Assembly (NCBI GenBank): GCA_964016885.1 | Contig: OZ024741.1 | Coordinates: 221,898,001 to 221,962,000, forward strand | Length of the DNA stretch: 64,000 bases | From: Eledone cirrhosa | Lineage: Eukaryota | Reading direction: 5' to 3' | Shown here: piece after piece, positions 63,230-64,000 of the stretch | Layout: every line of letters starts with the position of its first letter | Numbering within the stretch: position 1 is the stretch's first letter | The notes under the pieces: model-generated | Seen by the model: the letters and a program-made list of their open reading frames with translations, nothing else | Told to the model about the DNA's origin: nothing | The model's database searches: none | Position numbers and translations under genes: made by a program

Positions 63230-64000
63230 TTGTGTGCAATTTATGTTTACAAGCCGAAATTGCCTCAGATTTTTTGTTTAAGATGTGGTCTGTGGCGTAG
63301 AGTATTTCCAGGGCCTCAGAGGTCACATGGTCTTTTATTTCCGTTATACGATCTAGCCCTAGCTAGGATCTCCCAGTGTAACTTATATTGGGTGTGGTTG
63401 TCTTTTAGACTCCAGATATAAGCTGAAAGTGACGTCATATTCCTTCTTAGAGGGTAACGAAAAGAATGGGTATGCAAGTAAAGACGCTGCTTGAATCTAT
63501 TGGCGGTTAACCCTATGTAGGCCCTACGGGATGTGGGTGTTTCAACCTTACATTTCTAGACAATGTTACTAGAGAGGCTTTTCCCGGATAGGGGGCACTC
63601 AACCCGATTCCTACAATTACAGTATGTACTAACTACAGGGTTGCACGTGTTCCTACGGCTAGGTCGTTTAGCTAAATTTGAAGCTGTGATGTTATGTGCA
63701 AGGTTAGGAGTCGTAGAGTAAGAAATTTTAATAGTATTTCTATTAAAAATGTTACTATATTTATGTGAAGGGGGAAAATGCTTCGTAATAAGGGAAAGAA
63801 AGATCTTAGCTAATGGAGTGGCCACCTCCGTATTATATGGTGGGTTATACCAACAAATGCGACGGGATCTATTTCTTCTAGGTCTATTTTCGTACTCTGT
63901 ATATGCTACCTTATCGACAAATCCACTCCGAGCAAGAGCTTCATTGTAATAAGTGGAATGGTCGTTGAAAATATGCTCGTTAGTAGATAGACGGGAAAGC
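63230..64000 (-). mobile_element. Penelope-like element, RT C-terminus plus GIY-YIG endonuclease (continues past the window)
   Basis: YNEALARSGF, RRICWYNPPYN, FLSLITKHFP, IFNRNTIKISYS, CNCRNRVECPLSG, AYIGLTANRFKQRL and TSLSAYIWSLK. One stop lies at the expected IVY. Confidence 0.88.

Overview
This window is repeat-rich, AT-rich animal DNA. The SINE/RTE repertoire and (TA)n/(CAT)n tracts suggest an octopod cephalopod; this is inferred and not verified. It contains one clear host gene: a complete 8-coding-exon HPRT (hypoxanthine-guanine phosphoribosyltransferase, about 232 aa) on the minus strand from 54503 to 11360. The ORF track misses it because the exons are small. Nearly everything else is mobile DNA: decayed RTE LINEs, two tRNA-derived SINE families, a near-intact CR1-type LINE, three mariners (one with an open DD34D ORF), piggyBac, hAT and Helitron remnants, and Penelope-like (GIY-YIG) elements. 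The most interesting signals are: (1) several hammerhead-ribozyme motifs in (TA)n-embedded fold-back elements, one with a circularly permuted, type II-like order in a 553-bp repeat unit; (2) a G_GGA_AAC slippery site joining ORF1 to an AUG-less ORF2 of the CR1; (3) a strongly G-versus-A biased duplication in that LINE's 3' UTR; (4) a roughly 57-copy 43-bp array made from a putative piggyBac terminus. All alignments were done by eye, and repeat boundaries are approximate unless TSDs or TIRs are given.
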